A DNA stretch of 27,463 nucleotides from a virus (taxonomy: Duplodnaviria > Caudoviricetes), in the IMG/VR virus record IMGVR_UViG_3300017766_005793, positions 1 through 27,463 of that record. One strand, given 5' to 3'. Positions within the stretch are counted from its first letter, which is position 1. Every line of letters starts with the position of its first letter. The translations under genes were made by a program, and so were the position numbers. Shown in pieces: positions 1-8,260 of this stretch. The notes beneath the pieces are model-generated. The model was not told the origin of the DNA. It saw only the letters and a program-made list of their open reading frames with translations, and ran no database searches.

Positions 1-222
1 ATGACCAACCTTGAGGCGCGCTTTATTTCCTACGAACTCACCCCTGACGAGCACCGCCGCGCTGCTGACGTGCGCGCTGCCTACCTCGCCTTGGTGCGCG
101 CGGTCGACGGGCTGCTGCCCGCCTGCCGGGAACAAGCCCTTGCCATGACACACCTCGAAGACTCCATGATGTGGGCAGTCAAGGCGATTGCAATGAACAG
201 CGAAGGAGCCCGCCGTGGTTGA
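1..222 (+). CDS. Acb2/Tad1-like helical hairpin protein (putative cyclic-nucleotide sponge, anti-defence)
   Basis: CREQALAMTHLEDSMMWAVKAIA closely matches the RExxxAxTxLEExxMW helix of the Tad1/Acb2(Vs.4) family; 73 aa. The start is at the window edge, so it may be 5'-truncated. Confidence 0.7.
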   Translation: MTNLEARFISYELTPDEHRRAADVRAAYLALVRAVDGLLPACREQALAMTHLEDSMMWAVKAIAMNSEGARRG

Positions 223-949
223 CATCAAGCCCCACCCCGTGAACTTCGTCGGAAGCCCTCGTGAGCGTAAGACGGTCATCGACCGAGTCATCTTCCACGA
301 GTCGGCAGTCGCTACCCTCGAGGGAACCCTGAAGGCACTTCAGGCCAAGGGCCTGAGCGTCCACTACTGCGTCGACCGGGACGGTCGAGTCACGCAGCAC
401 GCCCAGCATTCTCGAGCCTGCGCCCACGCTGGCGGGAACCCGCCTGGGACGAAGCACAATATCCGCTCGATCGGAATTGAGCTCATTAATCGCTATTATG
501 GCCACCGCGTTAACCAGACTGCCGGTCTGACTACGTACACGGGTAAATACGCCCCAAAGATCATTTCCGGCATCTGGGTGGACCGGGCTTGGAATTCTAC
601 CACAAACTCCTTTGCCAACCCTGACCGCAAGTACATCATGCCGACGCCCGAGCAGCTCGAGGCCAGTTGGCAGCTGCTCTGCACCATCCTTCCGTACTAC
701 AGAAATATTGAGCAAGCGGGCTGGAGTGGGGTCACTACCACCCTGACTGGCAAGAAAGTCTACAATTGGACGACGCTGTCCAACCATGATGGACCCGGCA
801 TTAAGTGCCATGCACAATGGGCCCATGCTGACGGTCGTGTGGTGGATCACTACACGTACCTGCGGCACAAGGGCTTCACTGAGCAGGCGGCGTACGACCT
901 GACCGTGAAGAACGCCAGCTCCATGCAACGCCAGACCGAGGTACCGTGA
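215..949 (+). CDS. Endolysin, N-acetylmuramoyl-L-alanine amidase (Amidase_2 type)
   Basis: Motifs VIFHES, SVHYCVDRDG, AHAG, NIRSIGIEL, PTPEQLEA and a C-terminal H..H-D. GTG start with AAGGAG upstream; followed by membrane proteins. Confidence 0.88.
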   Translation: MVDIKPHPVNFVGSPRERKTVIDRVIFHESAVATLEGTLKALQAKGLSVHYCVDRDGRVTQHAQHSRACAHAGGNPPGTKHNIRSIGIELINRYYGHRVNQTAGLTTYTGKYAPKIISGIWVDRAWNSTTNSFANPDRKYIMPTPEQLEASWQLLCTILPYYRNIEQAGWSGVTTTLTGKKVYNWTTLSNHDGPGIKCHAQWAHADGRVVDHYTYLRHKGFTEQAAYDLTVKNASSMQRQTEVP

Positions 950-1317
950 TGGAACTCTCTTCGCTCTTCAAGAAGGCCAAGGAGTGGTTTACTTGGGGAA
1001 AGATCGCGTTCACTGCGGTTCTTGCTACGGCCACCTTCGGCACGTTCGTGGCTGGTGAGATTCGCGGCGCGAACATGCTCGAGCCCCGAGTGACAGCCTT
1101 GGAAGCGCGCGTCGAGAAGATCGAGACACACCTTGGAGAGCAGGGTGAGCAGCTCCTGAAGCATATCATCGTCATCCCCGATAAGGTTCAGCAGCTCGAG
1201 ACCAGGGTTGCGGGACTCGAGGTCGAGATGCGCGGGTCCGCCAAGGACCTCGGGGAGATCAAGGGCTACCTCAAGGCCATGGCCGACAAGATGGGGGTGC
1301 AGCGTGAGCATGAGTGA
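946..1317 (+). CDS. Membrane-anchored coiled-coil protein (lysis accessory; holin/antiholin/spanin-like)
   Basis: N-terminal hydrophobic segment (IAFTAVLATATFGTFVAG) followed by heptad-like LEPRVTALEARVEKIE...; coupled to the amidase stop. Confidence 0.6.
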   Translation: MMELSSLFKKAKEWFTWGKIAFTAVLATATFGTFVAGEIRGANMLEPRVTALEARVEKIETHLGEQGEQLLKHIIVIPDKVQQLETRVAGLEVEMRGSAKDLGEIKGYLKAMADKMGVQREHE

Positions 1318-1636
1318 CGTGACCTACATCTGCGTCGTCCTCATCGGTCTCGGACTCGCCTCTGTGGCAGTCCGCAACATCGCCAAGAAGTCCGGGCGCG
1401 AGCTCTTCTTCTACGTCAGCGCCCTTGTTCTCGCAGGCGCCCTCGGCGCTCTCATTGCCCACCAGAGCGACACCCATACGTGGGGCGTTGGCCTCGTGAT
1501 GGGTATGGCGACGGTCGAGCTCGGGGACACTATGCTTGCGTCGTCTAAGGAAGTCGTGCGAAAGACCTTGTCTAGGGTTTCCGACCGCTTTGCCGATGAC
1601 CGGCAGCCTGGCTACGGAGCCGACGACGAGGGTTAA
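1310..1636 (+). CDS. Putative holin (about 3 TM segments, charged C-terminus)
   Basis: Start reassigned to ATG 1310 (MSDVTYICVVLIG...), overlapping the upstream gene. Three hydrophobic segments and a hydrophilic tail, within the lysis cassette. Confidence 0.6.
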   Translation: MSDVTYICVVLIGLGLASVAVRNIAKKSGRELFFYVSALVLAGALGALIAHQSDTHTWGVGLVMGMATVELGDTMLASSKEVVRKTLSRVSDRFADDRQPGYGADDEG

Positions 1637-2428
1637 ATGAGTGACGATCTCTTTCAGCTGATCATGGGCGTCGTTGGCGCCCTTTCTGTTTTCTTCACCC
1701 ACCGTAACAAGAAGAAGACCGACGCCTACATCAAGGAGTCCGAGGCTCGCCAGGTCAGCCTCGAGCAGGCCCTCGCCCAGATCACGGCGGTCGCAGTCAA
1801 CACCGTTACTGGCGCCGAGAAGAAGGCGAAGGTTGCCAAGGCCGAGGTCAAGGCGGAAGCTGCCTCGGTCGCCAAGGCCGTCGAGGAGAAGGGCGCTGCG
1901 CAGGCTGCCGCTGAGCATATCAAGCGCGTTCGCGCCCGCAAGGCTGAGGCCCCCAACAAGGAGCCCGAGGCCGCCCCCGAGCCCGCCATGGTTGTCCCCC
2001 CGCGCAAGCGTGCCTCGCGCGCTGCCAAGGCAGTCCAAACCGGACTGATCGCTCTTTTGGTCGTTTCCCTCTTTCCGGGTAAGGCTCACGCCGCCTGCCC
2101 CGAGAGCGCCTCGGTGAAGAAGGGTCAGGTCGTCGGGTGCGACCTTGAGTGCGTCGACGAGTACACCATGACCGAGCTCGTCGAGCGCTCGATGGCCGCT
2201 GATGCCTGTGACGCAGAGGCTTCTCTGCTTCGTACTACGCTCGAGGCCAAGGACAAGGAGTTCAAGTCCTCGATCGAGGCTTACGAAGCGGCGCTTGTTG
2301 CGGAGCGCGAGGCTTGTAAGGAAGCCCTCAAGGACCAGAACTTTCTCAGCGACGGGACGTGGCTCACCGTCTCGGCCAGCGCGCTGGTCCTTGGTCTCGC
2401 CGGCGGCTTCCTGCTCGCTCGGGATTAA
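1637..2428 (+). CDS. Membrane protein with N-terminal TM, Ala/Lys-rich coiled coil, internal signal-peptide-like segment, Cys-containing domain and C-terminal TM (possible spanin-like)
   Basis: Hydrophobic segments LIMGVVGALSVFF, GLIALLVVSLF and WLTVSASALVLGLAGGFLL; starts directly after the holin stop (TAAATG). Confidence 0.6.
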   Translation: MSDDLFQLIMGVVGALSVFFTHRNKKKTDAYIKESEARQVSLEQALAQITAVAVNTVTGAEKKAKVAKAEVKAEAASVAKAVEEKGAAQAAAEHIKRVRARKAEAPNKEPEAAPEPAMVVPPRKRASRAAKAVQTGLIALLVVSLFPGKAHAACPESASVKKGQVVGCDLECVDEYTMTELVERSMAADACDAEASLLRTTLEAKDKEFKSSIEAYEAALVAEREACKEALKDQNFLSDGTWLTVSASALVLGLAGGFLLARD

Positions 2429-2619
2429 TCCTCGTCGTCGAACGAGTCTTCGTCTTCATCTCCATCTCCCCAATCGTCGACTTCGTCGTCGAGGTCCTCC
2501 TCGTCGAGCTCTTCGTCATCCAAAAGGTCTTCGTCCTCGAAGTCCTCGTCGGCGAAGTCGTCGTCTTCCTCAAAATCGAAATCCTCATCCTCTTCCTCAA
2601 AATCAAAATCGCGTCCCAT
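2425..2619 (-). CDS. Small extremely acidic protein (64 aa, 44 Asp/Glu)
   Basis: MGRDFDFEEEDED...SFDDED. Perfect SD AGGAGG shortly upstream of ATG 2619; its stop overlaps the convergent stop of 1637..2428 (TTAA). Confidence 0.75.
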   Translation of the reverse strand: MGRDFDFEEEDEDFDFEEDDDFADEDFEDEDLLDDEELDEEDLDDEVDDWGDGDEDEDSFDDED

Positions 2620-2637
2620 GAGTACCTCCTTAACCTT

Positions 2638-2666
2638 CTTTACGGGCCATGGCTCGGTCCGTAAAG
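2638..2666. promoter_or_regulatory. Hairpin/inverted repeat between the divergent starts of the acidic ORF and the HNH gene
   Basis: CTTTACGGGCC (2638-2648) / GGTCCGTAAAG (2656-2666): 11-bp stem with one G-T pair, no poly-T tail. Confidence 0.35.
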
Positions 2667-2688
2667 TACTTGCGAAAGGTGGTTCGTA

Positions 2689-3324
2689 ATGAAGAAGATA
2701 ACGGAAAAGAAGCCCCCGCGCTGGGCGAGTACGTTTAAGCCCAAAGACAAGCGGACGAAGACAAAGTTTGTAAAGAACTGCGCTCGCTGTAATAAGGAAA
2801 TGATCGGAACCAAGAACTCCTTGACCAGCAAGGAGTACTGCTCGTTCGAGTGCTACCAGTCCCCCTTGGGCGAGCGTTGGGAGAACCTCGTCACCAAGGA
2901 CAACGGCTGCTGGCTCTGGAAGGGCGCCAAGAACGAGATGGGCTACGGGGTGATTCGAGACGGAGAGAAGCTTCTCCTCGCCCACCGCGTGGCCCTGCGC
3001 CTGAAGCTGGGATCCGACTTCGATGGGTTCGCCTGCCACACGTGCGACAACCCGTCCTGCGTCAAGCCCGAGCACCTCTACATCGGCACGCACGAAGACA
3101 ACATGCGTGACCTCTCGGCAGCCAACACCTCGGCCTCTTCCAAGACCTCTTGGGCGGACCGAAAGGAAATGGCGAAGCGCTACCTCCTCGGAGAGGACAC
3201 CGAGAAGATAGCGGCTGACTACGGGATCTCGGCCAAGACGGTGAGGCGTTGGGCGGAGAACTTGGGCTTTGAAGGAGACGCCCCTAAGCGGGGCGAAGGC
3301 CTCAAGTTTTCGGACCCAGAGTAA
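2689..3324 (+). CDS. HNH homing endonuclease with N-terminal Zn-ribbon and C-terminal HTH
   Basis: CWLWKG..GYG..AHRVA..CHTCDNPSCVKPEHLYIGTHEDNMRD is a classic phage HNH. Also CARC..YCSFEC and C-terminal IAADYGISAKTVRRW. Confidence 0.9.
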   Translation: MKKITEKKPPRWASTFKPKDKRTKTKFVKNCARCNKEMIGTKNSLTSKEYCSFECYQSPLGERWENLVTKDNGCWLWKGAKNEMGYGVIRDGEKLLLAHRVALRLKLGSDFDGFACHTCDNPSCVKPEHLYIGTHEDNMRDLSAANTSASSKTSWADRKEMAKRYLLGEDTEKIAADYGISAKTVRRWAENLGFEGDAPKRGEGLKFSDPE

Positions 3325-4708
3325 CCTCGACATCAAGAACGCCGTTCTCGAGCGTGCAGATGTTCACCGAGTGGCCTTCCTTGCGAAGGTGATCGATGCG
3401 AGCCCGGGAGTGCTTGGCGAAAGTCTCCCAGCCCTCGTCATAGATCGTCCAGATCTCGCAGGATTCCTTACCCTCGGGACGACGAGCACCGCGGCCAGCC
3501 TTCTGGATGGTCTCGATGTGTGACTTCCCACCGCCTGCGTCGACCACGCTGGCGGTGTAGGGCATGTTCGCACCCTCGTAGAAGACCTTCGTCGCCACGA
3601 GCACGTCGATCTTGCCCGTGTTGAGGTCCTTCTGGACCTGCTCACGCATGAGATCGTTGCTCTTGCCGGTGACCTCCTTGACCTGGAAGCCTGCGAACTT
3701 GCGAAGCTTGTGGGCCATGGCCAAGGCATGGTCCATCGTCTTGCAGAAGACGATGCAGGGCTTCTCCGCCGTACGGACGCAGTCGATCAGGAGCAGGTCC
3801 CGCTTGGGGTTAGCTCCGATGGCCTTGTCGTAGAGGTGCGCGTACGAGAAGTGCGTGCGCTTCGTGGTCTCTTCGTGCTCGAACCGCACCGCGTAGACCT
3901 TGAAGCGCGCCACGCGCTCGAGCTCCATCAGGCTCTCGGTCGAGACCTCACAGAGCAGCGCCCCCAGCATGGCCTCGACCACCTTGCCAGACCCATCCGA
4001 GCGGCTGTAGGGCGTGGCCGACAGCCCGATGCGGTAGACGGCGTTGGGAAGGGCCTCGAGGCAGCGACGATAGCCGTCCCCGCCCGCCGAATGGCACTCG
4101 TCTACGACGACGCCTTCGACGCTGCTCAGGAACTCCTGAACCTCGGGACGCTCGAGACCCGAGCGAAGGCTCGTCTGCATGACGAAGGTCACGCGCTTGG
4201 GGTTAAAAACCCCAGCCTTGATCGTGCCTGGGTCCTTGCCGCCCATGCGGGCGTAGGTCTTCTTGAGATCCTCGAGGAGGTTCTCCCGGTGAACGATCAC
4301 CATCCATCGAATATTTCGATTCAGAACGATGGCGTTGGCGAGAATTGATTTACCGGAGCCCGTGGACGCTTTGATAATTCCCACGGGGCGCTGAAGTATT
4401 TTTTGGACGGCAAGGTGCTGGTCCGGGTAGAGCTTTATTTCTTCGTACTGGGCCGGGACGTCCTCATACGGGACGGGCTCCCACTGGCGCTCGTCGAGAA
4501 TATCCAGATCGTAGCTGCCGGCCTGCTCGACAATAGCGTCGAGCATGCCGACAGGCGCACGATTACCGCTCTTGACCGACACCGTGATGTCCTTGAAGCG
4601 TCCCCGCTCAGTGGGGACCTTCAGGCGATAGCTGCAGACCGCGCTTGCGACGAAGTCTGCGAATTCATCGCCCTCGATAATCAACTCGTTCGGCCGTACT
4701 CGAATCAC
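3302..4708 (-). CDS. Superfamily 2 (DExH) helicase, UvsW/ResIII-like
   Basis: ASTGSGKS (motif I), VVDECH (II), GLSATP (III), EGAN (V), IQKAGRGAR (VI). Start reassigned to GTG 4708, overlapping the resolvase stop. Confidence 0.9.
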   Translation of the reverse strand: MIRVRPNELIIEGDEFADFVASAVCSYRLKVPTERGRFKDITVSVKSGNRAPVGMLDAIVEQAGSYDLDILDERQWEPVPYEDVPAQYEEIKLYPDQHLAVQKILQRPVGIIKASTGSGKSILANAIVLNRNIRWMVIVHRENLLEDLKKTYARMGGKDPGTIKAGVFNPKRVTFVMQTSLRSGLERPEVQEFLSSVEGVVVDECHSAGGDGYRRCLEALPNAVYRIGLSATPYSRSDGSGKVVEAMLGALLCEVSTESLMELERVARFKVYAVRFEHEETTKRTHFSYAHLYDKAIGANPKRDLLLIDCVRTAEKPCIVFCKTMDHALAMAHKLRKFAGFQVKEVTGKSNDLMREQVQKDLNTGKIDVLVATKVFYEGANMPYTASVVDAGGGKSHIETIQKAGRGARRPEGKESCEIWTIYDEGWETFAKHSRARIDHLRKEGHSVNICTLENGVLDVEVTLGPKT

Positions 4709-5229
4709 AGGAGACCACCCAGCAGGTAGAAGGCTGTCCCGACGAGGAGGGCGTCCGCCTCGTCGTCGCACGAGGGAGCAAAGCCGTGAAGCTGCTCAGC
4801 AATGCGCAGACTCAGCTTCTTCCCCTCCTCACGGTCACGAGGCCAAACGGCGATGCCGACGTGCTTGCAGACGGCCTCGCGCCACTCGGAGATCTCGAGG
4901 ACGCGGTGGCTGACGTCGTAGCCGTGCAGCCAACCTTTCACCTGGCCCCGGGTCTCAGCCAAGATCATGGCGGTCTTGGCGGACTTCCCGAGGTAGAGGC
5001 CCTCGTAGACGAAGGTCTTGTACTCCTCCGCCAAGAAGCGCCAGAAGTCGGCTGCGTCTCGCTTGCCACCAGTCGAGACTTCGGGGTCACCGTCTCGAGA
5101 ATACGTCTGATGAAAGGCAGGACCCTTCTTCCCGTACTTCACGATACCGGACCAGACGAGCTCCTTGCCGTCGAACGCGGCAAGGCCAGTAGCTCCGACC
5201 TTGGCGAGGTCGATGGCGAGGTACTTCAT
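4705..5229 (-). CDS. ruvC: RuvC-like Holliday junction resolvase
   Basis: N-terminal LAIDLA..TGLA, central YE, C-terminal DDEADALLVG: the RNase H-fold acidic catalytic set. Confidence 0.78.
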   Translation of the reverse strand: MKYLAIDLAKVGATGLAAFDGKELVWSGIVKYGKKGPAFHQTYSRDGDPEVSTGGKRDAADFWRFLAEEYKTFVYEGLYLGKSAKTAMILAETRGQVKGWLHGYDVSHRVLEISEWREAVCKHVGIAVWPRDREEGKKLSLRIAEQLHGFAPSCDDEADALLVGTAFYLLGGLL

Positions 5230-5501
5230 GCGGGCTTCCCCTTCACCTGGTTGACGCTCTCGAAGAACGAGCGGGCCTCAGACCGCTCCATCGAGAGCAT
5301 CCCGCGCATGGCCTTGAGCAGCGTCTCGAAGGCGTCGACGTTGTCGGCCCCGGCCGCCGAGATGATCATGAGCGCGTGGATGACGCCCGTAGGAACGAGG
5401 ATCGGATCGAACTCATCCTCACCCGAGAACATGTACTGCTTCAGCGCCTCGATGACTGCGCTGGAGATACCACCGATGATAGCTGCTTTTGCTTCTTCCA
5501 T
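5226..5501 (-). CDS. Hypothetical protein (91 aa)
   Basis: Fills the operon gap, has a GAGG SD and a 4-bp overlap with the resolvase. Confidence 0.7.
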   Translation of the reverse strand: MEEAKAAIIGGISSAVIEALKQYMFSGEDEFDPILVPTGVIHALMIISAAGADNVDAFETLLKAMRGMLSMERSEARSFFESVNQVKGKPA

Positions 5502-5510
5502 GACAACCTC

Positions 5511-6560
5511 TCAGACCGTCCCCTTCAGGTAGCCCAGGACCTTCGACATCACTTCCTGCTGCATATCTGCGGGGACCTTAGTGGTGACCTGCTCATAGAC
5601 GACCTTGTCGATCAGCTGGTCACTTCTTAGCTGCACTGCCGCCTCGCTGACCTTCGAGTCAGCCTTGCGGGCTTTGGGCTGCGAGAAGTTCTCGCAGATG
5701 GGCTCCATCGTCCCGTCGAAGCGGACGTAGGGCTCACAATTGAGGAGCTTGCAACGCTCGACGAAGGAGCGCACAGCCTCCTCGTCGTCCGAGCGCAGGA
5801 AGCGGGGGCCAGGCGCGTGCTGAAGCGCGACCTTGGGGCCCTGAGAGTCCTTCTTCAGGACCCATGCGCTGCCGTAGGCGAAGCCCTGATTATCGAAGCC
5901 GGTCGGGGCCAAGGCGCCGATCTGGATCTGACGAGTCCCAGCCGCCTTGGAGGTCAGGATGGTCGTGTCGGAGACGGCTTTGCCATCGAGCCAGCAGCTG
6001 CGGGCATGCCAGTCACCGGAGAGAACATACGGCACGCTGTACTTCTCCTGCCACTTCACGAGCTTTCCAACCTCGAGGACCTTGTCCGAGATCAGGAAGG
6101 ACGGGGTCGCCCCATCGGCGATGCCGGCATGGGCGATAGCAGCGTCAGCGTGGTTCACCTCTTGGTCGAGGAGGTGGTGCGGGTACGGGCACAGGAAAAC
6201 CCGGAGGTTCTCGACGTTCACGTACTGAGGCTTGGTAATCAGCTCCACCAGCAGGGAGGAGCACAGCGGGCTGAACGAGTAGTCGTACTCGCCGCTGGAA
6301 TTGTGATCGTGGTTGCCCATCATCAGGTAGGTGGGCATGAGGCGATGGCGCAGGATGGCGGCAACCTTGCCAACCTGCGCCATCGTGGGAGTCGATTTGT
6401 CGAACAGGTCTCCGGCGATCACCACGGGCTCATGCGGGTTCTTATCCAGCGTATCCTTCAGACTCTGAAGGGTCTGCTCGAACCGCGCGTTGACGCCACC
6501 GATGATGGCGCCACCATTCTGCTTATGGTTCCCGAGGTGAACGTCGGAGATGATCAGCAT
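5511..6560 (-). CDS. sbcD: SbcD/Mre11 (gp47-like) metallophosphoesterase nuclease
   Basis: SDVHLG, AGDLFD, MGNHD, AH and SGDWH calcineurin-like motifs; directly downstream of recA. Confidence 0.88.
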   Translation of the reverse strand: MLIISDVHLGNHKQNGGAIIGGVNARFEQTLQSLKDTLDKNPHEPVVIAGDLFDKSTPTMAQVGKVAAILRHRLMPTYLMMGNHDHNSSGEYDYSFSPLCSSLLVELITKPQYVNVENLRVFLCPYPHHLLDQEVNHADAAIAHAGIADGATPSFLISDKVLEVGKLVKWQEKYSVPYVLSGDWHARSCWLDGKAVSDTTILTSKAAGTRQIQIGALAPTGFDNQGFAYGSAWVLKKDSQGPKVALQHAPGPRFLRSDDEEAVRSFVERCKLLNCEPYVRFDGTMEPICENFSQPKARKADSKVSEAAVQLRSDQLIDKVVYEQVTTKVPADMQQEVMSKVLGYLKGTV

Positions 6561-7480
6561 ACCAACTCTTTCTGAATATTGAGGATATCTTCGTCACTGA
6601 GCGCCGCGAGGGCTACTGCTCGACCCTGACCCAGCTTGCGGTCTCCCATCGAGAACCACGCACCGGAACGCTTGATCTTGTTCTGCTCGACCGCGAAGTC
6701 GAACACCGTCCCTCGATTATCGTAACCCAAGCTGTAGACGAGCTCCACATCCACCTGACGGTAGGGCTCGGCCATCTTGTTCTTCACTGCCTTGACGCGC
6801 ACCGTATTCGAGATGGGCTTGTCGTTGGCGTCCTTGTTCGTCGAGATGCGAGTGACCTCGACGCGCATGGAGGTGTAGAACCGGAGGGCGTTGCCGCCTG
6901 GGGTGGTGTTGGGGCTACCAAACGTCACGCCGATCTTCTGCCGGACCTGGTTCGTGAAGAGCACGCAGGTCTGGGTGTTGGATGCGACGCTGGCGACCTT
7001 CCGCAGACCCGTGGACAGCAGGCGAGCCTGCAGGCCAATGGTCGAGTCAGCCGCTGACTTCTCGAGCTCTGCGAGCGGGGTGAGCGCCGCAGCACTGTCG
7101 ACGACGATGATGCCGTAATCCCCTGACGCGCACTCGTGGTAGAGCGTATCGATAGCGTCCTCAGCCGAGGAGGGCTGATAGACCGCCAGCCGCTCACGGG
7201 AGCAGCCCAGCTGAATCGCACGCTCAGGGTCGAGCGCATGCTCAGCGTCGATGAACAAGGCAGCCTTGCCAGCCCTGTTGGCCTGCGCGCAGGTCTGAAG
7301 AACGAGAGTAGTCTTGCCGCCGCTCTCTGCACCATAGACTTCGGAAATACGACCGCACGGGAACCCTCCAATACGGAGGGCTCCCGTGTCGATCGCCCAG
7401 TTGCCCGTCGGGATGACGGGCGTCTGGATAACCTCAACCTGTGAGAGGAACTGCGGCCGTTCACGCTTTGGAGCGGCCAT
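6554..7480 (-). CDS. recA: RecA recombinase
   Basis: GRISEVYGAESGGKTTL, FIDAEHALDP, VVDSAAAL, GLQARL, FTNQVRQKIGVTFGSPNTTPGGNALRFY, KNK, SGAWF. Confidence 0.97.
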   Translation of the reverse strand: MAAPKRERPQFLSQVEVIQTPVIPTGNWAIDTGALRIGGFPCGRISEVYGAESGGKTTLVLQTCAQANRAGKAALFIDAEHALDPERAIQLGCSRERLAVYQPSSAEDAIDTLYHECASGDYGIIVVDSAAALTPLAELEKSAADSTIGLQARLLSTGLRKVASVASNTQTCVLFTNQVRQKIGVTFGSPNTTPGGNALRFYTSMRVEVTRISTNKDANDKPISNTVRVKAVKNKMAEPYRQVDVELVYSLGYDNRGTVFDFAVEQNKIKRSGAWFSMGDRKLGQGRAVALAALSDEDILNIQKELVC

Positions 7481-7488
7481 GGTTCACC

Positions 7489-8226
7489 TCAGCGGGGCAG
7501 GTTGTGGTTCGAGCGGTTACCAATCCCCACCTTGCGCTGCGGCGGGGCGAGGTGAGCCAGCTTGGCCTCGAGCGCGACGTAGGGCTCGAACACGAGCTTC
7601 TCCGCAGCGATATCGGGGATGGGGCGATAGCTCAGCCACTCGCGGTTGAACGGGCCAGCCTGACGCGGATCAGCCTGAACGCTGTACGACGTCTTGTTGT
7701 TCTCAATGGTCTTGATGATGTGAACATCGTAACCAGTGGTCGCAGAGGCGTAGTTACCGTAGAGGGCGAACAGGCCAGTCGACGGGTCGTCGGCCTTGCC
7801 GTTGAGGGCCTCGTAGATGGTCTTCGTGCAGGAGAGCATCTGAGCGCCGAGGCTCGGGTTCTTCACGTCGATGACGAGAGCGACCCACCGCTTGGAGGGG
7901 AAGAGCTCGTCAGCCATCTCGACCATGCCGGCAGCCTTCAGCTGGGCGGCCTTGTCGCAGACGGGGCAATCCTCGCCCATGTGAGCCTTGCGGCACGGGA
8001 CGGGGAACTTCTTGCCCTCGGCGTTGGTCGCCCAGTGCTCCACAACCTGCTGGAACAGAGGACGGTCCTTCATCTTGGGGACGAAGCGGACGACGTTGCG
8101 ACCCTTCTCGAGGCGAAGGTTGGAGGAGTAGGTACGCGGGACCTCGACCTCGGGGTTCTCGAGGGCGGCGGTCGTAGGGTCGAATTCCTCAAACTCGAAG
8201 TCGTTCTGGGCAATGATGTCACGCAT
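7489..8226 (-). CDS. Single-stranded DNA-binding protein, T4 gp32-like
   Basis: GRNVVRFVP and a H...C...CPVC Zn motif with gp32-like spacing; located between uvsY-like and recA. Confidence 0.75.
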   Translation of the reverse strand: MRDIIAQNDFEFEEFDPTTAALENPEVEVPRTYSSNLRLEKGRNVVRFVPKMKDRPLFQQVVEHWATNAEGKKFPVPCRKAHMGEDCPVCDKAAQLKAAGMVEMADELFPSKRWVALVIDVKNPSLGAQMLSCTKTIYEALNGKADDPSTGLFALYGNYASATTGYDVHIIKTIENNKTSYSVQADPRQAGPFNREWLSYRPIPDIAAEKLVFEPYVALEAKLAHLAPPQRKVGIGNRSNHNLPR

Positions 8227-8260
8227 GGTGTGAATACCTCAGGTAGAAAGGGAAAAAGGA

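Noticed and set aside
1674-2428. Embedded o-spanin (Rz1-like) lipoprotein
   Set aside because: No alternative-frame ORF has a signal peptide plus lipobox; in-frame AHAAC lacks the canonical L/V/I at -3.
2202-2664. Arg/Ser-rich and Val/Leu/Phe-rich + strand ORFs
   Set aside because: These are other-frame readings of the GAC/GAG-rich acidic gene, with no SD and with overlap of real genes.
2425-3336. 303-aa - strand ORF from the track
   Set aside because: The upstream ~240 codons are the antisense shadow of the HNH gene; only the part from ATG 2619, which has a perfect SD, is credible.
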